A stretch of DNA of 64,000 nt from Dongiaceae bacterium (GCA_035274225.1 DATEOK010000250.1:1258-65257), one strand, 5' to 3'; shown: positions 48,906 through 57,539, counted from the first letter of the stretch. Numbers and translations are program-made. The notes: generated by a model not told the origin, from the sequence alone.

Positions 48906-49718
48906 ATGGCCGACACGAAAGTCTATCTGCTCGACGGCGGGTCGCTGGTGATCGACGGCTTCCATGCCTTCTGGAACCGCGGGCCGGGCGGCGAGCTGCG
49001 CTTCCCATGCTACGCCGTGCTGGTCGACCATCCGGATGGGCGCTACATGTTCGACACTGGCTACGACTTCGACCACGTCATGCGTGTGCTGCCGTTCGAG
49101 AAGCCGATCCAGGACAAGAGCCAGACCATCCCCGGCCTGCTCGCCGGCATCGGGCTCAAGACCGACGACGTCAACTACGTCATCAACTCGCACTACCACT
49201 TCGACCATTGTGGCGGGAACAAGCACCTGCACAAGGCCTGCACCATCTGCCACGCCAAGGAGCTGGAGCAGAGCGGCAACTGCCAGCCGTTCGAGCATCT
49301 CGGCTATTCCGACCTCACCTTCGCGCCGGAGCTGCACAAGAAGAAGAATGCCGGCAAGGAGCTGCCGCCCGATCCCGCGCTCGACATGTACACGCCGAAG
49401 TTCCAGACCTTGACCGGCGACCAGGAGATCGCCAAGGGCCTGTGGCTGTTCGAGACGCCCGGCCACACCGCCGGCCACTACAGCCTGATGGTGGAGCTGA
49501 AGAACCGCCGCCCGATGCTGTTCACCGCCGACGCGTGCTACAGCAAGAAGAACATGGACATGATGTGCATCTCCAGCTTCCACCTCGACCCGACTGCCAG
49601 CGTGAAGTCGCTGCACCGGCTGAAGGAGCTGGCGGCGAAGCACGATGCCGAGCTGTTCTACTCGCACGACCCGGAGAGCTTCAAAGGGTACCGGACGGGC
49701 GGAAACTACTATTCCTGA
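48906..49718 (+). CDS. Metallo-beta-lactamase-fold lactonase (AHL-lactonase / 4-pyridoxolactonase-like)
   Basis: The HxHxDH motif occurs in SHYHFDHCGG, followed by a later TPGHTAGH. A GGGAGAGGA SD lies before the ATG at 48906. Confidence 0.8.
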   Translation: MADTKVYLLDGGSLVIDGFHAFWNRGPGGELRFPCYAVLVDHPDGRYMFDTGYDFDHVMRVLPFEKPIQDKSQTIPGLLAGIGLKTDDVNYVINSHYHFDHCGGNKHLHKACTICHAKELEQSGNCQPFEHLGYSDLTFAPELHKKKNAGKELPPDPALDMYTPKFQTLTGDQEIAKGLWLFETPGHTAGHYSLMVELKNRRPMLFTADACYSKKNMDMMCISSFHLDPTASVKSLHRLKELAAKHDAELFYSHDPESFKGYRTGGNYYS

Positions 49719-49746
49719 GGTGAGGCTCCAGCCCCGCCTTCCTTCC

Positions 49747-49849
49747 CGTCATGGTCGGGCTTGGCCCGACCATCCACGAGTTTCGATGGGCACTGCGCCG
49801 TTTGATGCGAGCAGACTCGTGGATGCCCGTGCCAAGCACGGGCTGACGG
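49747..49849. repeat. Type B compound palindromic element
   Basis: Two hairpins, GGTCGGGC-ttg-GCCCGACC and GCCCGTGC-caa-GCACGGGC, bracket the pair CCACGAG...CTCGTGG. Confidence 0.5.
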
Positions 49850-49889
49850 TTGAGAGAGACCGATTGCGAGCTTGCACGAGAGGCAAACA

Positions 49890-50192
49890 ATGCCCTGGAT
49901 GATCGTCAGCGACGATGCCCCCAATGGCGCGGCGATCCGCGCCGACCGGACCGTCATGGATGCGCACTGGGCCTACGAATTGTCGATCAAGCACAAGATC
50001 CTGTGCGCGGGCAGCCTGCGGACCGACGATGGCGTCACGCCGATCGGCAGCCTGCTGGTGCTGGATGTCGGCACGCGCACGGAGGCGATGGCGATCATCA
50101 ACGCCGACCCGGCGACCAAGGCCGGCCTGCGCGGCAAGATCACCGTGACGCGCTGGAACAAGGCGATCTTCGGCGGCGTCGTTTCCGACTGA
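49890..50192 (+). CDS. YciI family protein
   Basis: About 100 aa, with HWAY...GSL and DPATKAGL motifs typical of YciI-like proteins. Confidence 0.75.
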   Translation: MPWMIVSDDAPNGAAIRADRTVMDAHWAYELSIKHKILCAGSLRTDDGVTPIGSLLVLDVGTRTEAMAIINADPATKAGLRGKITVTRWNKAIFGGVVSD

Positions 50193-50194
50193 GG

Positions 50195-50875
50195 CTATTT
50201 CCCACCCGCGTCCCGGATCAGCGTGGCGATCGCGTCGTAGCGGCGCTCGCGGGCATGCTGCAGCGGCGTGACGCCGTCCTTGTCGGCGATGTTGGGGTCG
50301 GCGCCGGCGGCGAGCAGCAGGCGCACGATCTCGACGTGGCGTGCGCCGCCGTCGCTGAGGATCACCGCCTCGAGGAGGCCGGTCCAGCCGAGATTGTTGA
50401 TGTGGTTGACGTCGATCTTGGAGCGCTCCAGCAGCAGGCGCACGGTGTCGACATGGCCACGCTCGCAGGCGGGGATCAGCGCATTGCCGCCATAGCGGTT
50501 GCGGATGATGTAGTCGACCTTGCCGGTCTCCAGCATCGCCGCCAGCATCCCGGTGTGGCCGAGCGCGCCGGCCAGCAGCCAGGGCGTGTCGTGGTTCAGC
50601 GCCTCGGCATTAAGGTCGGCGCCACGCTTGATCAGATCGAGCGCCAGCGCTAGGTCATTGTGGTGTACTGCGAACAGCAGGGCGGTCTGGCCGTGATTGT
50701 CGCGCGCGTCGATTGCGGCGCCAGCACCCAGCGCCGCCGTGACACCGGCGGCGTCATCGCGGCTGGCGGCGGTCAACAGGGCTTGATCGGCAGCGGTATC
50801 AGCCATGGCAACTCCGATGGCGAGCCAAGCGGCCGCGGCGATGGCCGCGCGTCTACCAGCGCACCATGCCGGCAT
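50195..50875 (-). CDS. Exported ankyrin-repeat protein
   Basis: A signal peptide ends in AMADTA. At least four ANK repeats are present (GQTALLFAV...LIKRGADLN; GNALIPACERGHVDTVRLLL; GVTPLQHA). The start overlaps the SDR 3' end by 23 nt. Confidence 0.75.
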   Translation of the reverse strand: MPAWCAGRRAAIAAAAWLAIGVAMADTAADQALLTAASRDDAAGVTAALGAGAAIDARDNHGQTALLFAVHHNDLALALDLIKRGADLNAEALNHDTPWLLAGALGHTGMLAAMLETGKVDYIIRNRYGGNALIPACERGHVDTVRLLLERSKIDVNHINNLGWTGLLEAVILSDGGARHVEIVRLLLAAGADPNIADKDGVTPLQHARERRYDAIATLIRDAGGK

Positions 50876-51593
50876 CGACGGCGAGCGCCTGGCCGGTGAT
50901 CCAGTGCGCTTCCTCGGATGCGAGGAAGGCGACCGCCGGCACGATGTCGGCCGGCTTGCCGACGCCCTTGATGGCTTGCAGCATCTCGACGAAGCCGAAG
51001 GCTTCCTTGTGCGGGGTCTGCTGCACGCCCTCGGTGTCGGTGAGGCCGGGGCACACAGAGTTGACGGTAATCTTGTGGCCGCCGAGCTCGGTCGCCAGCG
51101 CGCGGGTGAAGGTCAGCACGCCGCCCTTGGAGGCGACATAGTGCGCCATGTTGGGCGTGCCGGCGAAGATCGAGTTGGAGCTGAAATTGACGATGCGGCC
51201 GTAGTTGTTCTTGCGCATCAGGTCGGAGCCGGCGCGGCACATCAGGTACAGGCCGTCCAGGTTGACACGCAGGACGCGGCGCCATTCCTTGAAGGTCAGC
51301 TCGTCCCATTTCACGAACGGCACGATCGCGGCGTTGTTCACCAGCACATCGAGCTTGCCGCACTTGGAGGCGACGGCCTGGAACAGCTTGCCGACCGCGT
51401 CCTCGTCGCCGATGTCGCACGCCATGCCGAAGCTCTTGCCGCCGATCGCCTTGGCGGTGGCGTTGGCGCCATCGCCGTTGATGTCGACCGCGACCACTGT
51501 CGCGCCCTCCTGGCCCAGGCGCTCCGCGACGGCGCGGCCCATGCCTTGCGCCGCGCCCGATACGACCGCGACGCGACCTTCAAATCTGCGCAT
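50853..51593 (-). CDS. SDR family oxidoreductase
   Basis: It contains the Rossmann motif VSGAAQGMG, NNAA and the catalytic YVASK. An alternative ATG lies at 51605. Confidence 0.85.
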   Translation of the reverse strand: MRRFEGRVAVVSGAAQGMGRAVAERLGQEGATVVAVDINGDGANATAKAIGGKSFGMACDIGDEDAVGKLFQAVASKCGKLDVLVNNAAIVPFVKWDELTFKEWRRVLRVNLDGLYLMCRAGSDLMRKNNYGRIVNFSSNSIFAGTPNMAHYVASKGGVLTFTRALATELGGHKITVNSVCPGLTDTEGVQQTPHKEAFGFVEMLQAIKGVGKPADIVPAVAFLASEEAHWITGQALAVDAGMVRW

Positions 51594-51614
51594 GCTCTCC
51601 CCCATGATTGGAAA

Positions 51615-52784
51615 TCAGCCCTGGATGACTTGCAGCGCGGCGTCGATGCCCGCCGCGACGTCGACCTTGCGCCCGAGCCGGCGCAGCGCGCCGCCCAGCG
51701 CGGTGAGCGCGACGGTGGCATAGATCGGCTCCGCGACAGGGCCCATGTGGCCGATGCGGATCAGCTTGCCCTTGGTCTCGTTGCGGCCGGATGAGAACAC
51801 CACGCCGAACTCGGCGCGCGCCGCTGCGATGACCTCTTCGTCGCCCACTCCCGCCGGTACGCGCACGGCGGTGCAGGTGGGCGAAGCGATGCCCTCGGTC
51901 TTAGCCCACAGCTCCAGGCCCATGGCCTTGATGCCGGCACGGCAGGCGCGTGCGGTCAAGCCGTGCCGGCGCCAGACGTTCTCCGGCCCTTCGTCGAGAT
52001 ACTGATCGAGCGCGCCGTCGAGCCCATTGATCTCCGCGACCGAGGGCGTGAAGGGAAACGGCTTCTCCTTGCTCCAGGCGTTCTTCCAGTCCTTGAGGCT
52101 GAGGACCGAGGCGAACGGCGCCTTTGGGTTGGCCTCGACATGTTTCCAGGCGCGCTCGCTGACCGACATGATGGTGAGCCCCGGCGCGCCGCCCAGGCAC
52201 TTGCCGGGGCCGGTGATGAAGATGTCGGCGAAGCAATCGTCCGGATGGATGTCCATGCCGCCGAAGGAGGAGACGGCGTCGACGATCAGCAGCCCGTCAT
52301 GCTCGCGCACGATCTTGCCGATCTCGCGCGCGGGATTGATGGTCCCCGACGGCGTGTCGTGGTGGACCAGGGAGACGACCTTGATGTCCGGCCGCTTGCG
52401 GAAGGCGTCCGCCACCTGGCCGGGATCGATCGCCTCGTTGTACGGGACCTCGATCTCCACCATGTCCTTGTGGTAGCGCGCCGACCAGTAGCCGAAGCCC
52501 TTGCCGTAGACGCCCGAGGCGAGGTTGAGGACGGTGTCGTTGGGCGAGATGAGGGACGCGGCGGCAGCCTCGATCCCGGGCGCCGGCTCGACCTGCAGGA
52601 TCAGCGCCGGGTCCTTGACCTTGAGGGCGGCCGCACATTTGCGGGTCACGTCCTCGTAGAACTGCTGGAACCAAGGATCGAAGTCGTACTGCACCGGGCG
52701 CGACATGGCGCGCAGGACGCGCGGATAGGCCGCGACTGGTCCGGCGGACAGGGTGATGACCGGTTCCTTGATCCTGGATGCCAT
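51615..52784 (-). CDS. Class V (AGT-like) PLP-dependent aminotransferase
   Basis: 389 aa, with VDAVSSFGG and a candidate PLP lysine in ITGPGKCLGG. It is divergent from the GMC oxidoreductase gene. Confidence 0.85.
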   Translation of the reverse strand: MASRIKEPVITLSAGPVAAYPRVLRAMSRPVQYDFDPWFQQFYEDVTRKCAAALKVKDPALILQVEPAPGIEAAAASLISPNDTVLNLASGVYGKGFGYWSARYHKDMVEIEVPYNEAIDPGQVADAFRKRPDIKVVSLVHHDTPSGTINPAREIGKIVREHDGLLIVDAVSSFGGMDIHPDDCFADIFITGPGKCLGGAPGLTIMSVSERAWKHVEANPKAPFASVLSLKDWKNAWSKEKPFPFTPSVAEINGLDGALDQYLDEGPENVWRRHGLTARACRAGIKAMGLELWAKTEGIASPTCTAVRVPAGVGDEEVIAAARAEFGVVFSSGRNETKGKLIRIGHMGPVAEPIYATVALTALGGALRRLGRKVDVAAGIDAALQVIQG

Positions 52785-52898
52785 GGTTGCAAGCCCCCGC
52801 AGCGGTTTTCTTGCTTCTTGCTTGGTTCATCGATCATAGACGCAGGCCCAAAAAAGTGGAAACAATATCCGCAATGGGGCGGCATTGGTCCGGCGGGG

Positions 52899-54476
52899 AT
52901 GACATCCGGTTCCGACGATTGGTTCGACATCCTGGTGATTGGTTCAGGCACCGCGGGCTCGGTGCTGGCCGCGCGCCTCAGCGAGGATGCGGATGTTTCG
53001 GTCGGCCTCATCGAGGCCGGAGGCGCTGCGGTCGATCCGCGCATCGCCGAGCCGGCGCAATGGCCGTTGCTGCAAGGCAGTGCCATCGACTGGGCCTATC
53101 GCACGATCCCGCAGCCGCATACCGCCAACCGCGTGCACGAGTGGGCGCGCGGCAAGGTGATCGGCGGCTCGACCGCGCTCAACGCGATGGCGCATGTGCG
53201 CGGTCACCCGGACGACTTCGATTCATGGGACTGCGCCGGCTGGGGCTATGCGGACCTGATGCCGTATTTCCTGCGCTCGGAGCACTACACGCCGGGCGCC
53301 AACGCGCACCACGCGGTTGGCGGACCGCTGCACTTGATCCGCCCGACCGCGCCGCATCCGGTGACCGAGGCCTACATGGCTGCCGGCGCGGAGATCGGAA
53401 TTGCGCCGACCGACGATCACAACGGCGCGCGCATGACAGGCCCGTGCCTCAACACGCTCACCATCAAGGACGGTAGGCGCCAGACTATCGCCGATGCCTA
53501 TCTCGCACCGGCGCTCGGGCGGCGGAACCTGCATCTGATGGCGGAGACGCAGGTGCTGTCGCTGACCCTGCAGGGTAGTCGGTGCGCGGGCGTACGTATC
53601 GCGGATCGCAGCGGCGAGCGCGAGATCATGGCCCAGCGCATCATCCTTGCGGCGGGCACGATCGCCTCGCCCATGCTCCTGATGCGCTCGGGCATCGGTG
53701 CGGCAGATGACTTGCGCGCGCTGGGCATCGCCGTGCATCACGACCTGCCCGGCGTTGGGCGCAACCTGCACGACCATCTGCTCAGCGGCGGCAACGTCTA
53801 TCGCGCGCGCCGGCCGGTGCCGCCGTCGAAATACCAGAACTCGGAATCGCTGATGTATGTCGCGCGTGATGCCGCTGCGGGCGCGCCGGAGCTGGTGCTG
53901 GCCTGCGTCATTGCGCCGGTGACGACGGAGCGCTTCGCGCCCCTGAAGCTGGGCGAGGCCTATTCAATCATGTTCGGCTTCACCCATCCGCGCAGCCGCG
54001 GCACACTGAAGCTGGCGAGCGCCGATCCCGCTGCCGCGCCGCTGATCGATCCCAATTATCTGGCCGAGGCATACGACCGCGAGATCTATCTCGATGCGCT
54101 GGAGCGGGCGCGCGCGGTCGGTCGGTCAGGCGCGCTCTCCGACTGGCGGCTGCATGAGTACCTGCCCGGCCCATCGGTGCGGACGACGGCCGCGAAGCGC
54201 GCGTTCCTGGAGCAGGCGGCCTTCACGCATCATCATCCGGTCGGCACTTGCCGCATGGGCGCCGATGAAGAGGCGGTCGTCGGAGCCGATCTCGCCGTGC
54301 GCGGTTTCGACAATCTCTTTGTATGCGATGCCTCCATCATGCCGGCGATCACCACCGGGCCGGTCAATGCGGCGATAGTCGCGATCGCCGAACGCTTCAG
54401 CGACCTCATGCGTGGCCGCGCGCCGCTCGCGCCGTATTTGCCCGCCACCGCGCCCGTGGTACAGAGGCGCGCATGA
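52899..54476 (+). CDS. GMC family FAD-dependent oxidoreductase
   Basis: The N-terminal FAD motif DILVIGSGTAGSVLAARLSE, GGSTALNAM and the C-terminal HHPVGTCRMG are present. Confidence 0.9.
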   Translation: MTSGSDDWFDILVIGSGTAGSVLAARLSEDADVSVGLIEAGGAAVDPRIAEPAQWPLLQGSAIDWAYRTIPQPHTANRVHEWARGKVIGGSTALNAMAHVRGHPDDFDSWDCAGWGYADLMPYFLRSEHYTPGANAHHAVGGPLHLIRPTAPHPVTEAYMAAGAEIGIAPTDDHNGARMTGPCLNTLTIKDGRRQTIADAYLAPALGRRNLHLMAETQVLSLTLQGSRCAGVRIADRSGEREIMAQRIILAAGTIASPMLLMRSGIGAADDLRALGIAVHHDLPGVGRNLHDHLLSGGNVYRARRPVPPSKYQNSESLMYVARDAAAGAPELVLACVIAPVTTERFAPLKLGEAYSIMFGFTHPRSRGTLKLASADPAAAPLIDPNYLAEAYDREIYLDALERARAVGRSGALSDWRLHEYLPGPSVRTTAAKRAFLEQAAFTHHHPVGTCRMGADEEAVVGADLAVRGFDNLFVCDASIMPAITTGPVNAAIVAIAERFSDLMRGRAPLAPYLPATAPVVQRRA

Positions 54477-54892
54477 AACTTCGGTCAATTCTGCTCGCCC
54501 TGTCGATGGGGCTGGCATCGTGCGTCTCGGATGCGCACGACCGGCCCGTCACCATGACGCTCGCCAACGCGGGCAGCGAGTCGCTGCGCTGCCGATTGAT
54601 GTTCGGCCATTGGGTCGATCGCGACCTCGGCGCGGTGGCGCCGGGCGGCGCGACCGAGCTCACTATGTTTCAGTCGGCAAGCGACGGCGCGCTCTACATC
54701 ATGCGTTCGGACGGCGAGCGGAAGATGATGATCGAGACCATCCAATGCGCGCCATCCGGCGACTGGATGGAGACCTTCGGACAAGTGGATTTCGCGCCGA
54801 TCCGCTCTAGGCGCGCGCAGGCAATTGAGGCAAGCTGCGCCGCGTCGGCAGCAGGGGGAAGGACCGTCTGCCGGCTTGACCGAATCAATTAA
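54473..54892 (+). CDS. Putative lipoprotein (139 aa)
   Basis: An ATGA overlap links it to the GMC stop. A lipobox lies in MKLRSILLALSMGLASC. No recognisable domain. Confidence 0.55.
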   Translation: MKLRSILLALSMGLASCVSDAHDRPVTMTLANAGSESLRCRLMFGHWVDRDLGAVAPGGATELTMFQSASDGALYIMRSDGERKMMIETIQCAPSGDWMETFGQVDFAPIRSRRAQAIEASCAASAAGGRTVCRLDRIN

Positions 54893-54904
54893 AACAGACG
54901 GGTA

Positions 54905-56428
54905 ATGACGACCAACAGCTTCAACACCGTGGCGGCGCTGCTGTGCGCGGGAGACCCGGCGGCATCAGCGATCGGCGCGCCGGATCGCAGGACCATGACG
55001 CGCGGCGAACTGTCGCGGCTGGTGGAGCAGGCCGGCGGCGCGCTGCGCGCGTTCGGCATCCGGCAGAACCACGCGGTGGCGATGGTGATGCCGAACGGGC
55101 CGGAGATGGCGACGGCTTTCCTCGCGGTCGCGAGCTGGGCGACGGCCGCACCGCTCAACCCCGCCTATCGCACCGACGAGTTCGATTTCTATCTCGATGA
55201 CCTCCATGCCAAGGCGCTGATCATCGAAGGCGGCCCGGATTCTCCCGCGCGCGCCGTCGCGGCCCGGCGCAACATTCCGGTGATCGAGCTGACGCCCGAC
55301 GAAAGTGGTCCGGCCGGCAGCTTCACACTGTCGATTCCGTTCGCGGATGCGGGCGCACCGCAGCCCGATCCGGACGATGTCGCGCTGGTGCTTCATACCT
55401 CGGGCACCACATCGCGGCCCAAGATCGTGCCGCTACGCCAGCGCAATCTCACGGCCTCGGCGCGCAACATCGCGGGCACCTTGGCGTTGACGCCGCGGGA
55501 CCGCTGCCTGCTGGTCATGCCGCTGTTCCACATCCATGGGCTGGTCGGCGCGCTGCTGTCTTCGCTGCACGCCGGCGCCAGCGCGCATTGCCCGCCCGGC
55601 TTCAACACGCTGAAGTTCTTCCACTGGCTCGATCAGTGCGAGCCGACTTGGTACACCGCGGTCCCGACCATGCATCAGGCGGTGCTGGCGCGCGCGCCGC
55701 GCAACGCCGACGTGATCGCGCGGCGCAAGCTGCGTTTCATCCGCTCGTCCTCGGCCTCGCTGCCGCCGCAGGTGATGAAGCAGTTGGAGGAGACGTTCGG
55801 TTGTCCGGCGATCGAATCCTACGGCATGACCGAAGCCGCGCACCAGATGGCGAGCAATCCGCTGCCGCCGCGGGCGCGCAAGCCGGGCAGCGTCGGCATC
55901 GCGGCCGGTCCGGAGATCGCGATCATGAATGCCGAGGGCAGGTTGCTGGCGCCAGGCGAGATCGGCGAGATCGTGATCCGCGGCGAGAACGTGACGGCCG
56001 GCTACGCCCACAACCCCAAGGCCAATGCCGAGGCCTTCACCAGCGGCTGGTTCCGCACCGGCGATCAGGGGGTGATCGATGCGGACGGGTATCTCAGCCT
56101 CACCGGCCGCCTGAAGGAGATCATCAACCGCGGCGGCGAGAAGATCGCTCCGCGTGAAGTGGACGAGGTGCTGATGGAGCATCCGGCGGTGGCGCAGGTC
56201 GTGACCTTCGCCATGCCGCACAAGAACCTGGGCGAGGAGGTCGCCGCCGCCGTCGTGCTGCGCGAGGGACAGACCGTGACCGAGCAGGAGCTGCGCCACT
56301 TCGCCGGCGAGCATCTCGCCAACTTCAAGGTGCCGCACAAGATCGTGTTCCTGGCGGAGATCCCGAAAGGCGCCACCGGGAAGCTGCAGCGCATCGGCCT
56401 CGCGGCCCGGCTAGGGTTGGCGGAGTGA
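54905..56428 (+). CDS. AMP-dependent acyl-CoA synthetase/ligase (oxalate-CoA-ligase-like size and motifs)
   Basis: The AMP-binding motifs LHTSGTTSRPKIV, GYAHNP, WFRTGDQG and GRLKEIINRGGEKI are present. Confidence 0.9.
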   Translation: MTTNSFNTVAALLCAGDPAASAIGAPDRRTMTRGELSRLVEQAGGALRAFGIRQNHAVAMVMPNGPEMATAFLAVASWATAAPLNPAYRTDEFDFYLDDLHAKALIIEGGPDSPARAVAARRNIPVIELTPDESGPAGSFTLSIPFADAGAPQPDPDDVALVLHTSGTTSRPKIVPLRQRNLTASARNIAGTLALTPRDRCLLVMPLFHIHGLVGALLSSLHAGASAHCPPGFNTLKFFHWLDQCEPTWYTAVPTMHQAVLARAPRNADVIARRKLRFIRSSSASLPPQVMKQLEETFGCPAIESYGMTEAAHQMASNPLPPRARKPGSVGIAAGPEIAIMNAEGRLLAPGEIGEIVIRGENVTAGYAHNPKANAEAFTSGWFRTGDQGVIDADGYLSLTGRLKEIINRGGEKIAPREVDEVLMEHPAVAQVVTFAMPHKNLGEEVAAAVVLREGQTVTEQELRHFAGEHLANFKVPHKIVFLAEIPKGATGKLQRIGLAARLGLAE

Positions 56429-56725
56429 CGCGGAGCGTACGACATCGTGGGCATCGACTCACGACGGCGCAAGGTCGTGACCGCAGGCATCCTGCGTTAG
56501 CGGCCATTCGCAGGCGCAAAACCCCGGTCGTTTCCACTAGCATAAAAGTAATATTTTGGGAACATTTAGCGTACCTGCTGCATTGCACCATTTCTGGGTT
56601 TGCGGACGCCGTTGCTTGCGCTAGGGTTTCGTCCATCGCCGCGAACCGACGGCGAGTCAGGGGAAAACGAAGGGGTTTGTCCGCACCGGATGGTCCGGTG
56701 CGACGGTGCATGCCGGAGCAAAACG

Positions 56726-57433
56726 ATGCAGCTCAGCGTCTTCGGTCTCGACTATGTGGGCTCGGTCGCGGCGGGGTGCCTCGCCGGGCAGGGCCACGAG
56801 GTCATCGCGGTCGATCCCGACGCGGACAAGGTCGCAACCATCCGCCGCGCGGTGGCGCCGGTGAACGAGCCGGGGCTGAGCCGCCTGGTCAAGGACGCGG
56901 TCGCGGCACAGCGGTTGCGCGCGACCACCGATCTCGCCGAAGCGATCGCGGCCAGCGCTTTGACCAGCATCTGCGCCGGGACCACCGACCGGCACGGCCG
57001 GGCGGATCTCTCGCTCACCCTGGCGCTGTGCGAGAAGATCGGCAACGCCCTGCGCGACAAACCCAAATTCCACGCCATCGTGCTGCGCAGCGCGGTCCGG
57101 TCCGGCACCGTGCGCGATTTCATCCTGCCGGCGCTGGAGCGTGCCTCAGGCAAGCGGGCCGGCACGGATTTCGGCCTCGCTATCTATCCCCAGTTCCTGC
57201 GGCGCGGCAGCGCCCTCGAGGACTATCTCAATCCGCCGGCCATGATCCTCGGCGTCACCGACGAGGAGACCCTGGCGCGCCTGCGCGAGATGGACATCGC
57301 CCTGGAGGCGCCGGAAATCGTGGTGGAGTTGGACGAAGCCGAGGCCATGTTGAACGCCAACCTGCGTTCATCCGGTCCGGCGCGGCCGGCAGCGGTGGAG
57401 CCCGGCTGGGCCGCGGCCGTGGCGATGGCGTAG
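56726..57433 (+). pseudogene. Truncated, motif-degenerate GDP-mannose/UDP-glucose 6-dehydrogenase (AlgD-like) remnant
   Basis: It aligns by eye with the AlgD N-terminal and linker regions. Conserved motifs are altered: GLGYVG to GLDYVG, VGTP to AGTT, NPEFLRE to YPQFLRR. The ORF ends after about 235 aa, before the catalytic Cys domain. Confidence 0.55.
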
Positions 57434-57455
57434 CAGATAGCCTTTTGAACTCGCG

Positions 57456-57492
57456 CGCCGCGGCAACCATCACGCCGCGGCGGTGTTATTTA
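57456..57492 (+). terminator. Rho-independent terminator candidate
   Basis: A 9-bp GC stem, CGCCGCGGC / GCCGCGGCG, with a 9-nt loop is followed by GTGTTATTTA. Confidence 0.45.
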
Positions 57493-57539
57493 CGCGGCAA
57501 TTTTCCGTCCTCTTCATACATATTTCCAGTAGGCTCATC

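Noticed and set aside
56540-56580. An AT-rich stretch (CATAAAAGTAATATTTTGGGAACATTTAGCG) inspected for a sigma54 (TGGCAC-N5-TTGC) promoter.
   Set aside because: The GG element has no correctly spaced TTGC partner, so there is no supportable match.
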